The notes beneath the pieces are model-generated. The model ran no database searches. It saw nothing but the letters and a program-made list of their open reading frames with translations, and was not told the DNA's origin. From Octopus bimaculoides (taxonomy: Eukaryota), in NCBI RefSeq assembly GCF_001194135.2, contig NC_068990.1:55551874-55615873 (forward strand): DNA of 64,000 nt. The letters run 5' to 3'. Positions 63,924 to 64,000 of the stretch are shown here, in pieces (the first letter of the stretch is position 1; the number at the start of each line of letters is the position of its first letter). A program made the translations under genes and the position numbers.

Positions 63924-64000
63924 GTTCAGTAGTTTTATTTTTATAACGTGCTTTCACTTCACTACCGAGCGCAGCTCTGTGCGCCTTGGGTATGTGCTGT
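63923..64000 (-). mobile_element. 3' end of Dong-like family B (continues beyond the window)
   Basis: Nearly identical to 25746-25820 (cagtagttttatttttataacg..cttcactaccgagcgcagctctgtgcgccttggg). Confidence 0.9.

Overview
This is an AT-rich, microsatellite-dense animal genomic scaffold with 13 N-gaps. The repeat families look like those of Octopus; that is inferred from recalled repeat sequences, not from a search. No host protein-coding gene can be confidently identified, and nearly all ORFs in the supplied track are microsatellite or N-gap artefacts. The window is mostly transposable-element debris. It holds many tRNA-headed SINE families (CORE-, V- and Meta-like central domains), four R4/Dong-like RLE non-LTR remnants plus a ~550-bp non-coding repeat (most of them bounded by (AAT)n tracts), RTE and CR1 fragments, two Gypsy remnants, maT/mariner/pogo/hAT DNA transposon relics and MITEs. 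The most notable signals are: (1) a tRNA-headed short element carrying a Penelope-type minimal hammerhead ribozyme (57316-57590), with a second copy in an inverted-terminus arrangement (7514-7728); (2) same-polarity chains of (AAT)n-embedded retroelements with a probable non-autonomous partner; (3) a young MITE with perfect 26-bp TIRs, a 6-bp TSD and an internal (CCCTAA)n array; (4) a gag-protease-only CsRn1-like LTR element. Coordinates were read by eye and may be off by a few bases.
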